This document shows positions 47,966 through 61,372 of a stretch of 64,000 nucleotides of DNA, piece after piece; the stretch's first letter is position 1, and every line of letters starts with the position of its first letter. The stretch is taken from NCBI RefSeq assembly GCF_037042905.1, contig NC_087250.1:14570001-14634000 (forward strand), written 5' to 3'. The translations under genes and the position numbers were made by a program. Below the pieces are notes generated by a model. It was not told the origin of the DNA and ran no database searches. It saw only the letters and a list, made by a program, of their open reading frames with translations. The stretch comes from Lytechinus pictus. Its lineage: Eukaryota.

Positions 47966-50194
47966 GATTGTGATCTGGAAGGTGTCACAACTGAAGGATC
48001 CTACCCATGTTACTCTCAGGATGGATAAATCTATCTGTAAGGACTGCTGGCCTTCAGGTAGTGGTGTAAAACTGTTTTCACAAGTACAAAATCAGCATCT
48101 CCTGTTTGGTTTCAGAAAAGCCAAAGTTGCATGTATTTGTACAATGACAAACTGCAGTTTGGAATTGTCTTCCAAATTGCGATGTCACCACTGCCGAAGC
48201 AAATATCTTGATCAATTTAAATTGCTGCAAGAGAGTCAGGAATCTTGCCTTGTCCATAGACCTCCTCCCCTTGAAAGTTTGTCCGTAGCGACATTTGCTG
48301 CTGAATAATCATTTCAAATTCATTGTTGATATGAAGAACAAAGCAGCTGCAAAATTGATATGTTATGCTTCTGTGCAGATATGACTTGAAGCAAAGAAAG
48401 GATTGCAGAGATGAAGTGGCAAAGCAGACTGATGAATAAAGTCAAAGTTTCTGGAGCTCGAGTGCAATTTAAAATCACAAAATCATAGTTTGTTAACCGA
48501 GTGTCAAAGTCAGATAGCACTTGATAACAATGGAATGCTTAATCACTCTGAAATACATTTACATAACTTGAAGATTGCAACCAATTGTGCTTTTATTAGA
48601 AAACAATAGTTTGTAATGAGTCTATTTTATAGCTGTTCTACTTTCGATTTCGGGTCTGATTCGTAATAAGTACTAGGAATGTACAATAATATTTTTTTTA
48701 AGTAAATAACTGGATAAACTTATTACCAGGATGTAAGGATATTAATGTTTCAGTTCTTTTAATAAAGCAAACATTTCCTGAGTACTCAAATCAATAATGA
48801 TGAATGGTATTCTATTTCTTGGGTTTTTCTCTCTTTTTTTATCCCTTTCTTCCCTAAAGCAACCACTAGTCGAGCTGTATGAAATAAAATGATTTTAGTG
48901 GGTGTATTTAGCAATTTAACAGGAAATAATTGGTTTTATTTGCCCCCCAAAATTATTTTTTTCCTTTTGATATGAAACAAAAGTCTTTTGAATCTTTATT
49001 ATAGAATGGGCTAATTATCTAAAGATATTGTTTTGTACATGTAGTATTATGATATAACATACAGATATTCAATCACTATGACCTGAATTCACAAAGGTGA
49101 TTTTGAAAACCCACGGTTGAGTCCATGGTTTATGCAGATTTCCTGTATAAATTACACTGATTTTACCGCGTATGCGCTTTTGTCACAGTGCGCCGAATTG
49201 ACGCCTGTTACCATGGTTAGATATGCTATTTTATTCATGAGTCCACTGTTTTGAATTAATGAGTCCACTCTTCAAACAGTGGACTCATGAATAAAATAGC
49301 GTAACTAACCATGGTAACAGGCATCAATTTGGCGCACTGTGACAAAAGCGTGCATCAGCATTGGATATTTTTAAATACACGCGCCCGATACCTGCTAAAT
49401 TAAGTGTAATTTATACAGGAAATCTGCATAAACCATGGATTCAACCGTGGGTTTTCAAAACCACCTTTGTGAATTCGGGCCTATATTTGTGAGATTTCAA
49501 TGGTTTCCTTTAAAAAGTGTGGAAAGTGGAAACTTATATTTTCTTATTCTTTTACTATACATGTAAATGTATGGAACATATATGTTGATGCTTTTCGCTG
49601 AAAGACATACAATGTGATGTATAGAACACTGGAAAGCAAGGAATTTTCATTTTAAAAATCAGAATTCTTTGGACTTTAGTATACAGTGCATCCCACAAAA
49701 AATGAAATCGAGATTTAGCAATGATTTATCATAATTTAATCACATATACAATAGACAAATGACCTACCATTGTAAAGTTTAGAATCTCTTCTTACAGCTG
49801 GTATAACATACAAGATTTCTCATCCATGCATGAGTGAATAAAAACAATTTTAAGAAAGGATATCAAAAACTCATTTGGCAGTTGTTAAACAACTAGTAAC
49901 AGGGGAGCAGCGTATAAATATGGTCAATATTTCATTTTACTACTGGTATTTTGTGTTTTGCAGATATGACAAGGCATGAAAATCACACGTAGGTGTGAGA
50001 GTTCAGCTTTTTATCTGATTTCAGATTTTTTTTTTGGTTTTGATTTTGATTTTCAGCTTAATTTCAGTTAATTTTAGTTTTCCTCTGTACAAAAACTGTG
50101 GAAGCTCTTTCTGTTACAGTTTTTTTCCAACACTCTTTTAGCTTTTTTTCAGATATTTTTATTTGTGACCACTCACACCCCTGACCTCACTTTT

Positions 50195-53100
50195 ATGGAA
50201 GCAGGAGACCGTCAAAAACACGGATATACGTTGTGTCGTAATTCAATTTACTACACGACGTAAATATTTACGTTGTGTAGTAATGAATAATTACTACACG
50301 ACGTAATTCCGAATTACTGCTCAACGATTTAACGTCGTGACGTTAAATCAACGTCGTGACGTTAAATCAACCAATGAGATTGTTCGTTATTTGCGATGAC
50401 GGCCACAGACGTGAAACTACATACATTATATGTACCGCCGCCATAGAGCTGTATATACAGCTCTATGACCGCCGTGTACAAAATCCAATCCAGCTAGCTA
50501 GCTGCATGCAACTGCATGCATGATTATATGCGCCGTCCGTTATTGAAATATGATTGATCTCTCAGTTATCATTTTGCAATTGTTCCCTAACAAGCTAACA
50601 TCATTTGACAAGCATTTCATGTTGTGAAGTCAAATTCAGTTTTGTAAAGTGTGAAAAGCAATTTTTTAATAAATGCACCAGTATTTTTTTATGGGAACAC
50701 TTTAGTTTTAATTTGTAAATATGTTAATATTATTGTAAATGATCATCTTCATGGAAAGGGGGAAAAGACCTTAAGGAGGAAGAGCTAAAATCAATTCTTC
50801 CATGAGTAAATGGTTTAATTTCTGTCTTTAATCATTCATTTTCACACATTACCAATGTTTGCAAAACTCAAAAATATGATTCCCTTTTACCGCATTTCAT
50901 TCATTATTAATTTTTTTGTTGAAAATAAAAGTAACAAGCAGTCTCTTTCTCAAAAAATATTTTTGTGCAAGAACACAATAAACAAGTTTGTAACAACGCG
51001 TCTCCTTACGGAGGGAAGGGACGCCCAACATAATTTACAAAGATCCCCTTTCTCCATGACCACAGATGCAATTCAAACAGGGTTTCTGCAAGATGTTGGT
51101 AAGAAGTTATAGATTCATACCCTGAAATAGCATTATGATTGATCTATCATAATAGTTATCGATGTAGAAAGTCCGATTGTAATTTTTGGGGGGACATGAG
51201 GTATAACATAAGAAATGTCAGGAAGGGGAGTCTTGTATAGCATAAGAATGATTCTACAGGAATTTGGTCCATAAATCAAAGCTAACAAAATGTGAATGAA
51301 TTATTGGTCATTTATTGGAGAAGTTTAGTCTTACCTAGGATGTCACTTATTTTGTACAAAAGGAAATTTTCTGTTCTGTGATTTTGGACACCCTCTATTT
51401 CCTGCCTATAATTATTTTGTACCAACATCTTTACAGGGAATTTTTTTTTACAGTCAACATCTCACAAGATGAATTTTTGTTGACCAAAAGATATAAGAGG
51501 ACTTTGTTAGAGGTATAGATACAATTAGGTACAGAAAAAAAAGTAAACATGTTTTTTTTAAGGAACATTTGAGTTTAATACTTTATGAAAGTTAAAGTAT
51601 TTAACTTTCATACAGGTTTCACAGTACAACAGATGATGTGATTTCACCAATCAACTGGGTTTTCATCTTCAAACAAAAATCAATGTGACATTGTGTATGT
51701 GTGTTGGGAATGTCATTCATGTTACACTTAAACAAATTGATATATAATCACAATGTATATGGCTGACAGTGGTTCCATAGTTCGAAAATATTCTGAACTA
51801 ATTTCATACATAATACATCGCAAGGCTTATAGGTATCAATTAAACCCAACAGGCTAGAAAAGTATTTACCACAATTAGCAACCATGAAAACAAAAAGCTG
51901 GAGTAACTGCAGGGAATAAGTTATTTTAATTATTTGACATAGTTGATAAATACTGTTCTAAAAATACAAACATTCTAAAAAAGTACAGACCTTCATGGAA
52001 TACTTTTCAATACTATTCAATACATTATATATTTTAAAGAGAAAACCCCAAAACATAACGCCCAACTAAGGCCGAAATAGAATACCTTTCACAATAAACA
52101 CACATTGTACGATAGTAATATAAATTCTTTGTTTAAGATTTGAACATGTTCAATGAATGAATATTGCAGTAAAAATGTCTTTCTGGACTATACCTGCATA
52201 GTTAAAGACTGTACATGGCAATATCAATGCTTTGCCTAAGTCATGAACTAAAAACAAACAAACAAATAAAAACACCAGACTAGCTGGCAATATGTTTCCT
52301 ATACAAAAAATACAATGTTCCTGGCAATATCAATGCTTATAAACTAATAAAATAAACATCTTTCTTACAACATGAAAGACAACAAACCCGACTAGCTGTG
52401 CTTTGAATGTGCGCATTCGAAAATGATGCCTTGGCCATTGCATGAGTTTTATATCAACCCCAAATTAACATGCACTGAATTTATTCATCAACTCAATTTT
52501 GACAATAATCTTTCTACCAGATCTATATTTGCATTTATATCCCTCTTATGAATATTCATGAGTATTCTAGATAAACGATTGGTCAATTCGTGATCATGTG
52601 ACAAAGTATAATTTCAATAGGAAAACGCATCTCTGCAATTAGCTCCGTATAGTTTTCCTGTAGCTCCGTATATTTTTCGATATACTTTCATGGGCAGAAC
52701 TGTGCATGCTCATGCTCGATATTTTCTCTCAACTTTGAATTGCGCATGCTCCCTGACTTGACCCAGATATCGATCATCCGAAAAAAGTAAATAAAGTAAA
52801 ATACAAGCTCTTGCCCAAATTACCGTACCGACAATCTAAAAAACAGTGTGGAATTGGGTCTAGATTACAATGCAGAAAATCTAATTCCGACGGCCATAAT
52901 TCATACAGGATCTTTTACTATGGAATAAACATACCTAACATAACAAGGTGAGTCAAGATCCGATACTAATTTTTAGAGCATACATTTTAACTGCGCGTAT
53001 TTATTTTGAGCGCCACTGCAGCAACGGCCAACGCAGCGCAGCGGACCTCTCATTAAGTGCAGTCGGGTAGAAGCCGCGCGCAGCCTACCCATGGACTGTC

Positions 53101-53972
53101 TAGCAATTAGCTCGACAGGCCTAGAGTACTAGGGTTGGCAACGTTAGATTTGGTCGAGATTGGTTAAAAAATAGCAAGGACTAGGTCCACAAAGTTAAAG
53201 AGGGATATAAAACAAATATATCAGGCGTTTCTTTCGAAAGCATAGTGGGAATTATTAATCCTCGGTTGGACTGGCAATGTAAATATTTTTCCCTCGGGGC
53301 TTCGCTCCTCGGGAAAAATAGTAATTGCCAGTCCAACCTCGAATAAATAATTCCCACTATACTTTCTCAAAGCCTGATATATTTGTATAATATGTGACCT
53401 TGTGATCAGTGACCTTGCCCGGGATTTCTGCAACCATGTCACACGCGGTAGGGGCCGGCCGGAGGGACGTACCGCACCGTTGTTCCGAATTCCATGTGGT
53501 GTACCTTGGCGCGCGCGCTGCTCTGGCACTGCCGGTACGTTCCGGTACAATACTCTGTAGTCTCAGCTCTTTGCATTGCGCTCATATAACGAACGATCTC
53601 ATTGGTTGATTTGACGTCACTACACTAATTCATTTAACGTCATGACGTTAAATCGTTGAGCAGTAATTCGGAATTACGTTTTGTAGTAATTATTTACTAC
53701 ACGACGTAATTCTTTAGGTAGTGTAGTAATTGGAATTACTACACGACGTAATTATTTACGTCGTGTAGTTTTTCGAATTGCTACACGACCTCAATTATTT
53801 AATGTAGCGACACTAATTCATTTAACGTCATGACATTAAATCATTGGGCAGTAATTCGGAATTGCGTCGTGTAGTATTTCGAATTACTACACGACGTAAT
53901 TGTTTACGTCGTGTGGTAAATTGAATTACGACACGACGTATATCCGTGTTTTTGACGGTCTCCTGCTTCCAT
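50195..53972. mobile_element. Same non-autonomous TIR transposon (unit C copy, about 3.8 kb)
   Basis: Same TIRs, same insertion site and near-identical internal sequence. Confidence 0.88.
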
Positions 53973-55097
53973 GCACTTTTGTACAACAGAGTGTGTATGC
54001 AGCAACAAACAGAATCAGTATTCACAGCTGCCTACCATGAAGAAAACTCACTACTTTTTTTGAAAAGATAATGTGAAAAGGATAGTATAAAAGGTTTTTT
54101 TTTTTTAGTATGAATTCAGGGTTGATAGAAGGGGGAAAGAGAAAGTATCCTGAAATTAAATACCAGGGTTCCCAGCCCATCAGGGAAATCAGAGAAAATT
54201 ATTTTACTTTTTATCCAGTCAGGGAAAAATCAGGGAATTTGATAGAAAATACCTCAAATTGGGGGAAAATCAGGGAATTTTGATCAGCCCAAAAGTCAAA
54301 AGCACGGTAGTCAGATATTTTGTTGAATATTGAAACAACATCCATTGAATGGCTGGTTATGGTGGTAATAATTAGTTTTACATTATTGTTTTTATACTGA
54401 AAATACATGTAATTCACTGCAACAACTTAGAAACACATGCGAAAGTGGGAATGGGTTTAGATAATTATCAGGTAATTTTAAACTGAATCAGGGAATTTTG
54501 TTTTCTTGAAAATCTGGGAACCCTGAATACAGAGCAGTATACATGTACATTTAGGGTCAATGGGTAGATCTACTATATTATTGCATGCCTTCCACTTCTT
54601 AATAATTGTAATATTTATAGCCAGCTTTTTAGAGTGCTTTTTGCCCGAGGATGCAAAGTGCTGCTTTTATTACCCCAGCTGTAGCTCGAGTTGCCATCAC
54701 AAGCGCTCGCTCAGTGCATTCAAGGAATCAATCCTGCCGGTACCCATTCAACTTGCCTCGTTCGAGCGCAGTACAGTGTGGATAAATTTCTTGCTGACAG
54801 GAAAACACACCATAGATTCAAACCCACGACCCTCTGTTTAAAAGGCGAGAGTCAGAACCACCACATCATGATGCACCCACCCGGTTCCTGGTTGTAGAAA
54901 AGTTAATACTATGGGAACTTTGCCAACCAATGGCAACCTCCGTGGTCATAGCGCTCCACATCCAATCAAATTCAAGAATTTCATGGAGGTAACCATTTGT
55001 AGCAAAGTTCAATACCATTGAAGTAACCTTCTGCAACAGGGTCCTGGAGAGGACAAGTGGAAAAAAAATCTTGATCACCTATAAGTTTTAAAATAGA

Positions 55098-57839
55098 TTA
55101 AACAGGTATAACACTATTGATGGCCCTATTGGATCTCATGCTCTTCTCAAACTGAGCCCAGAAGAGTTCCTGACCATCCTCATCATCTGTCCAGAGCATG
55201 TAAGGTTTGTTCTTACTCAAGAACAACCGAACTAGGTACGGAAGGTCAGCATCCCGGATGTCCTCAAGGAAAATCAGGATGACCATGTCCAGTTTGGTAT
55301 CGTTCATTTGCTCCAGGGCAATGCGCAACTTGGTCAAGAACCAAGCGTCATTTATACAGTTATAGCTGATCAAAAGGACCGTCTTGAAACTGTTATCAAC
55401 AACATAGTGAAGAGCATTGATGTAGAACATCGCAATGTTGAGGTCATTGTCCCCAAAGGCCACCTTCTGGAGATGTGGAAACCTTTCCTGCAGAACTGGC
55501 TTCAGGACGCCGTCAACCCATTCCTGGTCGTCTTCGTTATACATAATGTTTAGCTGGTATTCGTAGTCCTGTGCATCAAATTCATGGTTGATTTCCTCGT
55601 AGCCAAAGATGGCTAGCTTCAGGAGGAAGAACTTGTAGTTCAGCCACCATCGCTGCCGGTAAGCCACCAGGCCAATCACCAATACCAGAAGACCTGAAAG
55701 GCATACACTTGTGATCATCACAAAGTTTATTCCACAATATTTGTCTGGGTTAAATGTTAGTATGGGTGAATCCACCTCTGCTTTGATTGATGTTAGTGAG
55801 CAGAGAGTTTGCTTTGGATGCCTGAGTTCAATGTTGCCAGATCGAAGCCATTTCACAAACCAACTCAGTTGGCAAGTACAGGAGAATGGGTTTCCAGCAG
55901 CATCTATTCTCAGTGTCGTATTCGTTGGGAAGGACGTCATTGGTTCTATGGTGGTGATTCTGTTTTGTTGGATGAACAGACTGTGCAAAGAGGTGGTTTC
56001 CTTGAACAATGTTCTTGGAATGGTCTCAAGTTTATTATTGCCTAAGAACAGAACGGCAAGGTGGTGTTGCCTTTGAAGCAGGGACTCGGGTACCTTCATA
56101 ATCGCATTGTCCCGGACGTCCAGAGTTGTGAGGGCAGTCAGGCTATCAAAGACACCACAGCTCAGAACTGATATAGTACACTGAGACAGGTAAAGAACCC
56201 TGAGTTTCTTCATGGGGTTGAAAGTACCTGGTGCTAACATATCAAACTGATTTTGTCTCAGGTCCAGAACTATCAGGGAATTTAATCCCCAAAAGAGGGT
56301 CCTATTTGTCTTAGCATGGTGTATATCTGCACTTTTCAAGCTGCAGTCTCGCATGATTAGCCTATTGAGCGATGAAGCATTTGTAAATTGCCTCAGGGTG
56401 GTAATCTTTAACGGAGCAAAGGACAAATCCAACACTTGCAGATGTCCCAGGTAGCGAAAAGCGCCATTGATGAGTTGCTGATTCTCGTTGGTGAGATGCA
56501 GCTCTTGAAGGTGTCTCAAGTTGATAAAAGAGTATGGGGAGAATGACTGAGAGATGCCATTGTTGGACATGTTCAGAATTTGAAGATTTGTGAAACTCCA
56601 CATTAAGAACCTTCGGATCGTTTTGAATTTGTTAAAAGACAGGTCTATATATTCTACTGAAGGAATTGTCACGTTGCTCCTCGGAATTTCTTCTATATTA
56701 TTATGTGCCAAGTTGAGTTGGGAGAGTGAGAATAAGCCTGATACTAAATCAATAAATAGACTTGCAATCTGATTACCATTCAGCTTAAGTGTGGATAACA
56801 TGTGCAGGCAGGAGAATGTCTTCAAGCTCAGAGTTGTCAAGAGATTATAAGACAAATCCAAATCAGTTAGGTTGTTCAATCCACAGAATGATTTACTAGA
56901 TAAGCTGGCAACTCTGCTGTTGTGAAGCGAAATAGTTTTTGTCTGATTGAACCCCCAAAACGCATAATCAGGTAAATATCGTATTCTGTTTCCTGTCATG
57001 ATTATCATAGATATTTGCCCGTGATCTTCTACAGCAATGTGAGATTTGTTCCGTGAAATTATATTTTCAATATTGCAAGAACTTAAATCTAGATGTGTAA
57101 TAGCACTTCTCCCTAAAACCGCAGATGGGGTAAAGTTTAGAAAATTGTTCTTTGACAGCGACATCCACTTGACTGTATTTAAAGTGGAGAAAACCTTAAA
57201 AGGAAGAGTATGTAAGGCATTTCTTCCAATATATAGTTTTTCCAGTGAGCAGTTCTCTAGCGGGTCAAAGTCAAGGGCATCAAGGAAAGCGATTCTATTC
57301 TGAGATACATCAAGGGTCGTGATGCTGTTGGACCAAGGAAGTGCACTGCTTGGAAAAGAAACCAATCTGTTTTTGCCAAGGATGAGTATAGAGAGTAAAA
57401 GGTTCGCACGGAACAACCCTGAGGGTAGAGAATCCAATCTGTTGTGTTTTAGAGATAAGTTCCTGAGGTGGCTCAGAGGCTCAAAGGCACCATGTTCTAT
57501 CTTCGACAGAACATTGTGTTCAAGTCCTAAGGAAGTGATATTTAGAAGATATGCAAAAGAACCGTTGAGCAAGGTTGGTATCGAATTAAAGGATAGATCG
57601 ACCGTTACTGCGTTGCTTGGGAGATCCTGAGGAACAGATTTGAGGTGTAGGTGAGAGCAGATGGCTTTTGTTCCAAGGTTTTTGTTCTTGAGGATGCATC
57701 CTTCGGTCGACTCAGAGCTGAGACTTCCTGAAACTTCCTTGACAGGCCACTCAGCCAGAAGCAGGGACATGGTAAAGAACAGTATCCCCAGACAGGAGGA
57801 AACCCTGGAGACGTTCATTGTGGTATTAACAGCCAGCAT
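55098..57839 (-). CDS. Toll-like receptor copy C (intronless, 913 aa from the ATG at 57839)
   Basis: Same architecture. The ORF-track start at 57872 is a TTG; the ATG equivalent to copies A and B is at 57839. Confidence 0.96.
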   Translation of the reverse strand: MLAVNTTMNVSRVSSCLGILFFTMSLLLAEWPVKEVSGSLSSESTEGCILKNKNLGTKAICSHLHLKSVPQDLPSNAVTVDLSFNSIPTLLNGSFAYLLNITSLGLEHNVLSKIEHGAFEPLSHLRNLSLKHNRLDSLPSGLFRANLLLSILILGKNRLVSFPSSALPWSNSITTLDVSQNRIAFLDALDFDPLENCSLEKLYIGRNALHTLPFKVFSTLNTVKWMSLSKNNFLNFTPSAVLGRSAITHLDLSSCNIENIISRNKSHIAVEDHGQISMIIMTGNRIRYLPDYAFWGFNQTKTISLHNSRVASLSSKSFCGLNNLTDLDLSYNLLTTLSLKTFSCLHMLSTLKLNGNQIASLFIDLVSGLFSLSQLNLAHNNIEEIPRSNVTIPSVEYIDLSFNKFKTIRRFLMWSFTNLQILNMSNNGISQSFSPYSFINLRHLQELHLTNENQQLINGAFRYLGHLQVLDLSFAPLKITTLRQFTNASSLNRLIMRDCSLKSADIHHAKTNRTLFWGLNSLIVLDLRQNQFDMLAPGTFNPMKKLRVLYLSQCTISVLSCGVFDSLTALTTLDVRDNAIMKVPESLLQRQHHLAVLFLGNNKLETIPRTLFKETTSLHSLFIQQNRITTIEPMTSFPTNTTLRIDAAGNPFSCTCQLSWFVKWLRSGNIELRHPKQTLCSLTSIKAEVDSPILTFNPDKYCGINFVMITSVCLSGLLVLVIGLVAYRQRWWLNYKFFLLKLAIFGYEEINHEFDAQDYEYQLNIMYNEDDQEWVDGVLKPVLQERFPHLQKVAFGDNDLNIAMFYINALHYVVDNSFKTVLLISYNCINDAWFLTKLRIALEQMNDTKLDMVILIFLEDIRDADLPYLVRLFLSKNKPYMLWTDDEDGQELFWAQFEKSMRSNRAINSVIPV

Positions 57840-58884
57840 GATTGTGATCTCGAAGGTGTCACAACTTAACAATCCTACCCAAGTTACTCTCAGGATGGAT
57901 AAATCTATCTGTAAGACTGCTGGGTGCTGGCTTTCAGGTAGTGGTGTAAAAATGTTTTCACAAGTACAAAATCAGCATCTCCTTTTTTAATTTCAGAAAA
58001 GCCAAAGCTGCATGTATATGTACAATGACAAACTGCAGTTTGGAATTGTCTTCCAAATTGCGATGTCACCACTGCCAAAGCAAATGTCTTGATCACTTTA
58101 AATTGCAGCAAGAGAGTCAGGAATCGTGCCTCGTCCATAGACCTCCTCCCCTTGAAAGGTTGTCTGTAGCGACATTTGCTGCTGAATAATCATTTCAAAT
58201 TCATTGTTGACATGAAGAACAAAGCAGCTGCAAAATTGATATGTTATGCTTCTGTGCAGATATGACTTAAAACAGTCTGAAGCAAAGAAAGGATTACAGA
58301 GATGAAGTGGCAAGGGACGGATTGTTCCGCAAATCAGTGATTTCATCAGTGTATCGAAAGGAGACTGATGAATAAAGTCAGAGTTTCTGGAGCTCGAATG
58401 CAACTTAAAATCACAAAATCGTAGTTTGATAACCGAGTGTCAAAGGTCAGATAGCTCCTGATAACATTGGGATTGTTAATCTCTCTGAAATACATGTACA
58501 CTGTACATCATTGGAAGGTTGCAACCTAACTGTGCTTTTATTAGAAAACAATAGTTTGTAATGAGTCTATTTTATAGCTGTTCTACTTTCGATTTCGGGT
58601 CTGATTCGTAATAAGTACTAGGAATGTACAATTATATTGTTATTAAGTAAATAACTGGATAAATTTATTACCAGGATGTAAGGATTTTAATGTTTCACTT
58701 CCTTTAATAAAGCAAACATTTTCTGAGTACTCAAATCAATAATGATGAATGGTGTCTTATTGGGTTTTTCCTACCTTCTCTCTTTTTTTATCCCTTTCTT
58801 CCCCAAAGCAACCACTAGTTGAACTGTATGAAATAAAATAATTTTAGTAGGTGTATTTAGCAATTTAGCAGGAAATAATTGGTT

Positions 58885-61029
58885 TTGTCTCGCCTGCTTA
58901 GCGGAGTGAGACATAGGTATCACTATTTCCGGCGGCGTCGGCATCATCGACTCGTCGTCGTCATCAACAATTGTGTTGTACACGCAATAACTTTCTATAG
59001 CTTCGAGGTAGGATCACCAAATTCATACCAGAGGTCCATCTCCTGAAGGCACAGGTCAAGTTCGAATATGAGTCGAATTTGATTAAGGTCAAAGGTCAAT
59101 GAACTTTCCATGACTGGCACTGTGCTATGTTGTACACATAATAACTTTCTATATCTTCGAGGTGGGATCACCAAATTCATACCAGAGGTTCATCTCCTGA
59201 AGGCACAGGTCAAGTTCGAATATAAGTCGAATTTGATTAAGGTCAAAGGTCAATGAACTTTCCATGACTGGCACTGTGCTGTGCTGTACACACAATAACT
59301 TTCTATATCTTCAAGGTAGGATTGCCAAATTGATACAAGGGGTCCATTTTTGAAGGTGCAGGTCAAGTTCGAATATGAGTTGAATTTGATAAAGGTCAAA
59401 TGTCAATTAACTTTCCATGACTTCACTGTGCTGTGTTGTACACATAATAACTTTTTATATCTTCGAGGTAGGATTGCCAAATTCATACAAGAGGTCCATC
59501 TCTTAAAGGTGCAGGTCAAGTTCGAATGTGAGTTGAATTTGATTAAGGTCAAAGGTCAATGAACTTTCCATGACTGGCACTGTGCTGTGTTGTACACACA
59601 ATAACTTTCTGTAGCTTCGAGGTGAGATCGCCAAATTCATAACAGAGGTCCATCTCCTGAAGGCACAGGTCAAGTTCGAATATGAGTCGAATTTGAATAA
59701 GGTCAAGGGTCAAAGGTCAATGAACTTTCCATGACTGGCACTGTGCTATGTTGTACACATAATAACTTTCTACATCTTCGAGGTGGGATCACCAAATTCA
59801 TACCAGAGGTCCAACTCCTGAAGGCGCAGGTCAAGTTCGAATATGAGTCGAATTTGAATAAGGTCAAAGGTCAATGAACTTTCCATGACTAGCACTGTGC
59901 TGTGTTGTACACACAATAACTTTCTGTAGCTTCGAGGTGAGATTGCCAAATTCATAACAGAGGTCCATCTCTTGAAGGTGCAGGTCAAGTTCAAATGTAA
60001 GCCGAAGTTGAATAAGGTCAAAGGTCAATGAACTTTCCATGACTGGCACTGTGCTGTGCTGTACACACAATAACTTTCTATATCTTCGAGGTAGGATTGC
60101 CAAATTGATACAAGGGGTCCATCTTTTGAAGGTGCAGGTCAAGTTCGAATATGAGTTGAATTTGATAAAGGTCAAAGGTCAATGAACTTTCCATGACTTC
60201 ACTGTGCTGTGTTGTACACATAATAACTTTTTATATCTTCGAGGTAGGATTGCCAAATTGATACAAGAGGTCCATCTCTTAAAGGTGCAGGTCAAGTTCG
60301 AATGTGAGTTGAATTTGATTAAGGTCAAAGGTCAATGAACTTTCCATGACTGGCACTGTGCTGTGTTGTACACACAATAACTTTCTATAGCTTCGAGGTG
60401 GGATTGCCAAACTCGTAACAGAGGTCCATCTCTTGAAGGTGCAGGACATTTTGCCCCCACATCTATCATAGCCTTTAATCAAAATGTGCTTATAAAAAAA
60501 TGCACTCTTTTAAACTTCCTACTCATACCCTATTACTTATTTTATCTTGTAGTACTTCACTCTTGCATCCTTTACTTATCATATGCACACAGATCAATTT
60601 CGAAAACCCTACTGCTAAAATGAAGGCAAGATGGCTAAAAATCACACACAATAAGTTTTTATATTTATCTTTCATGTACAATCTTCTCCTCCATTTTTTC
60701 AAACAATAAGTTTGCCATAACACCTTAATAATTAATTTAATTCTACAATTTTACTCACATTATTATTAATTACATTCTTTTTCACAAACATTAATTTCCT
60801 TACTTGCATGGAAATAATTATAGCTTCATAGTATTAACAGCATTCTTAGTGTTATCTGATTTTCTAGGGATAAAGTAGGCCTATACCATTAATGCATATG
60901 TAAACTGTCAAAACCACAATTCACCCCCTTAACTGCTGACAGCCTCAGAAGTCATATAGCATAGTTTTGACATGCAGTCTCTTCATGACTGCAATATGCA
61001 GGCGAGACAACGCTTGGCGTTTGCCTTGT
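58885..61029 (+). mobile_element. Helentron-associated/HINE (DINE-1-like) non-autonomous element with central tandem array
   Basis: Subterminal inverted repeat TTGTCTCGCCTGC / GCAGGCGAGACAA; short 3' hairpin; (CGG/CGT/CAT)n microsatellite near the 5' end; inserted in a T-run that is empty in units A and B. Confidence 0.78.
58973..60446. repeat. About 154-bp tandem repeat, about 9.5 copies, most containing AGGTCAAAGGTCA
   Basis: Period measured at 58977/59131/59285/59437. Confidence 0.96.
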
Positions 61030-61372
61030 ATTTGCCCCCCAAATTTATTTTTTTCCTTATGATATGAAACAAAAAAGTCTTTTGAATCTTTATTATAGAA
61101 TGGGCTAATTTTCTAAAGATATTGTTTTGTACATGTAGTATTATGATATAACATACAGATATCCAATCACTATATTTGTGAGATAGGTGTTCAATGGTTT
61201 CCTTGAAAAAGTGTGGAAAGTGGAAACTTATGTTTTCTTAATGTATGGAACATTGTTTTTTGATATGTTGATGCTTTTCACTGAAAGTCATACAATGTGA
61301 TGTACATGTATAGAACACTGGAAAGCAAGGAATTTTCATTTTAAAAATCTGAATTCTTTGGACTTTAGTATA

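Noticed and set aside
57840-57872. 11-aa N-terminal extension of TLR C
   Set aside because: Begins at TTG; the paralogs start at the ATG equivalent to 57839.
58995-60482. Repeated short ORFs (RKLLCVQHSTVPVMESS)
   Set aside because: Frames arise from the 154-bp tandem repeat and shift between units.
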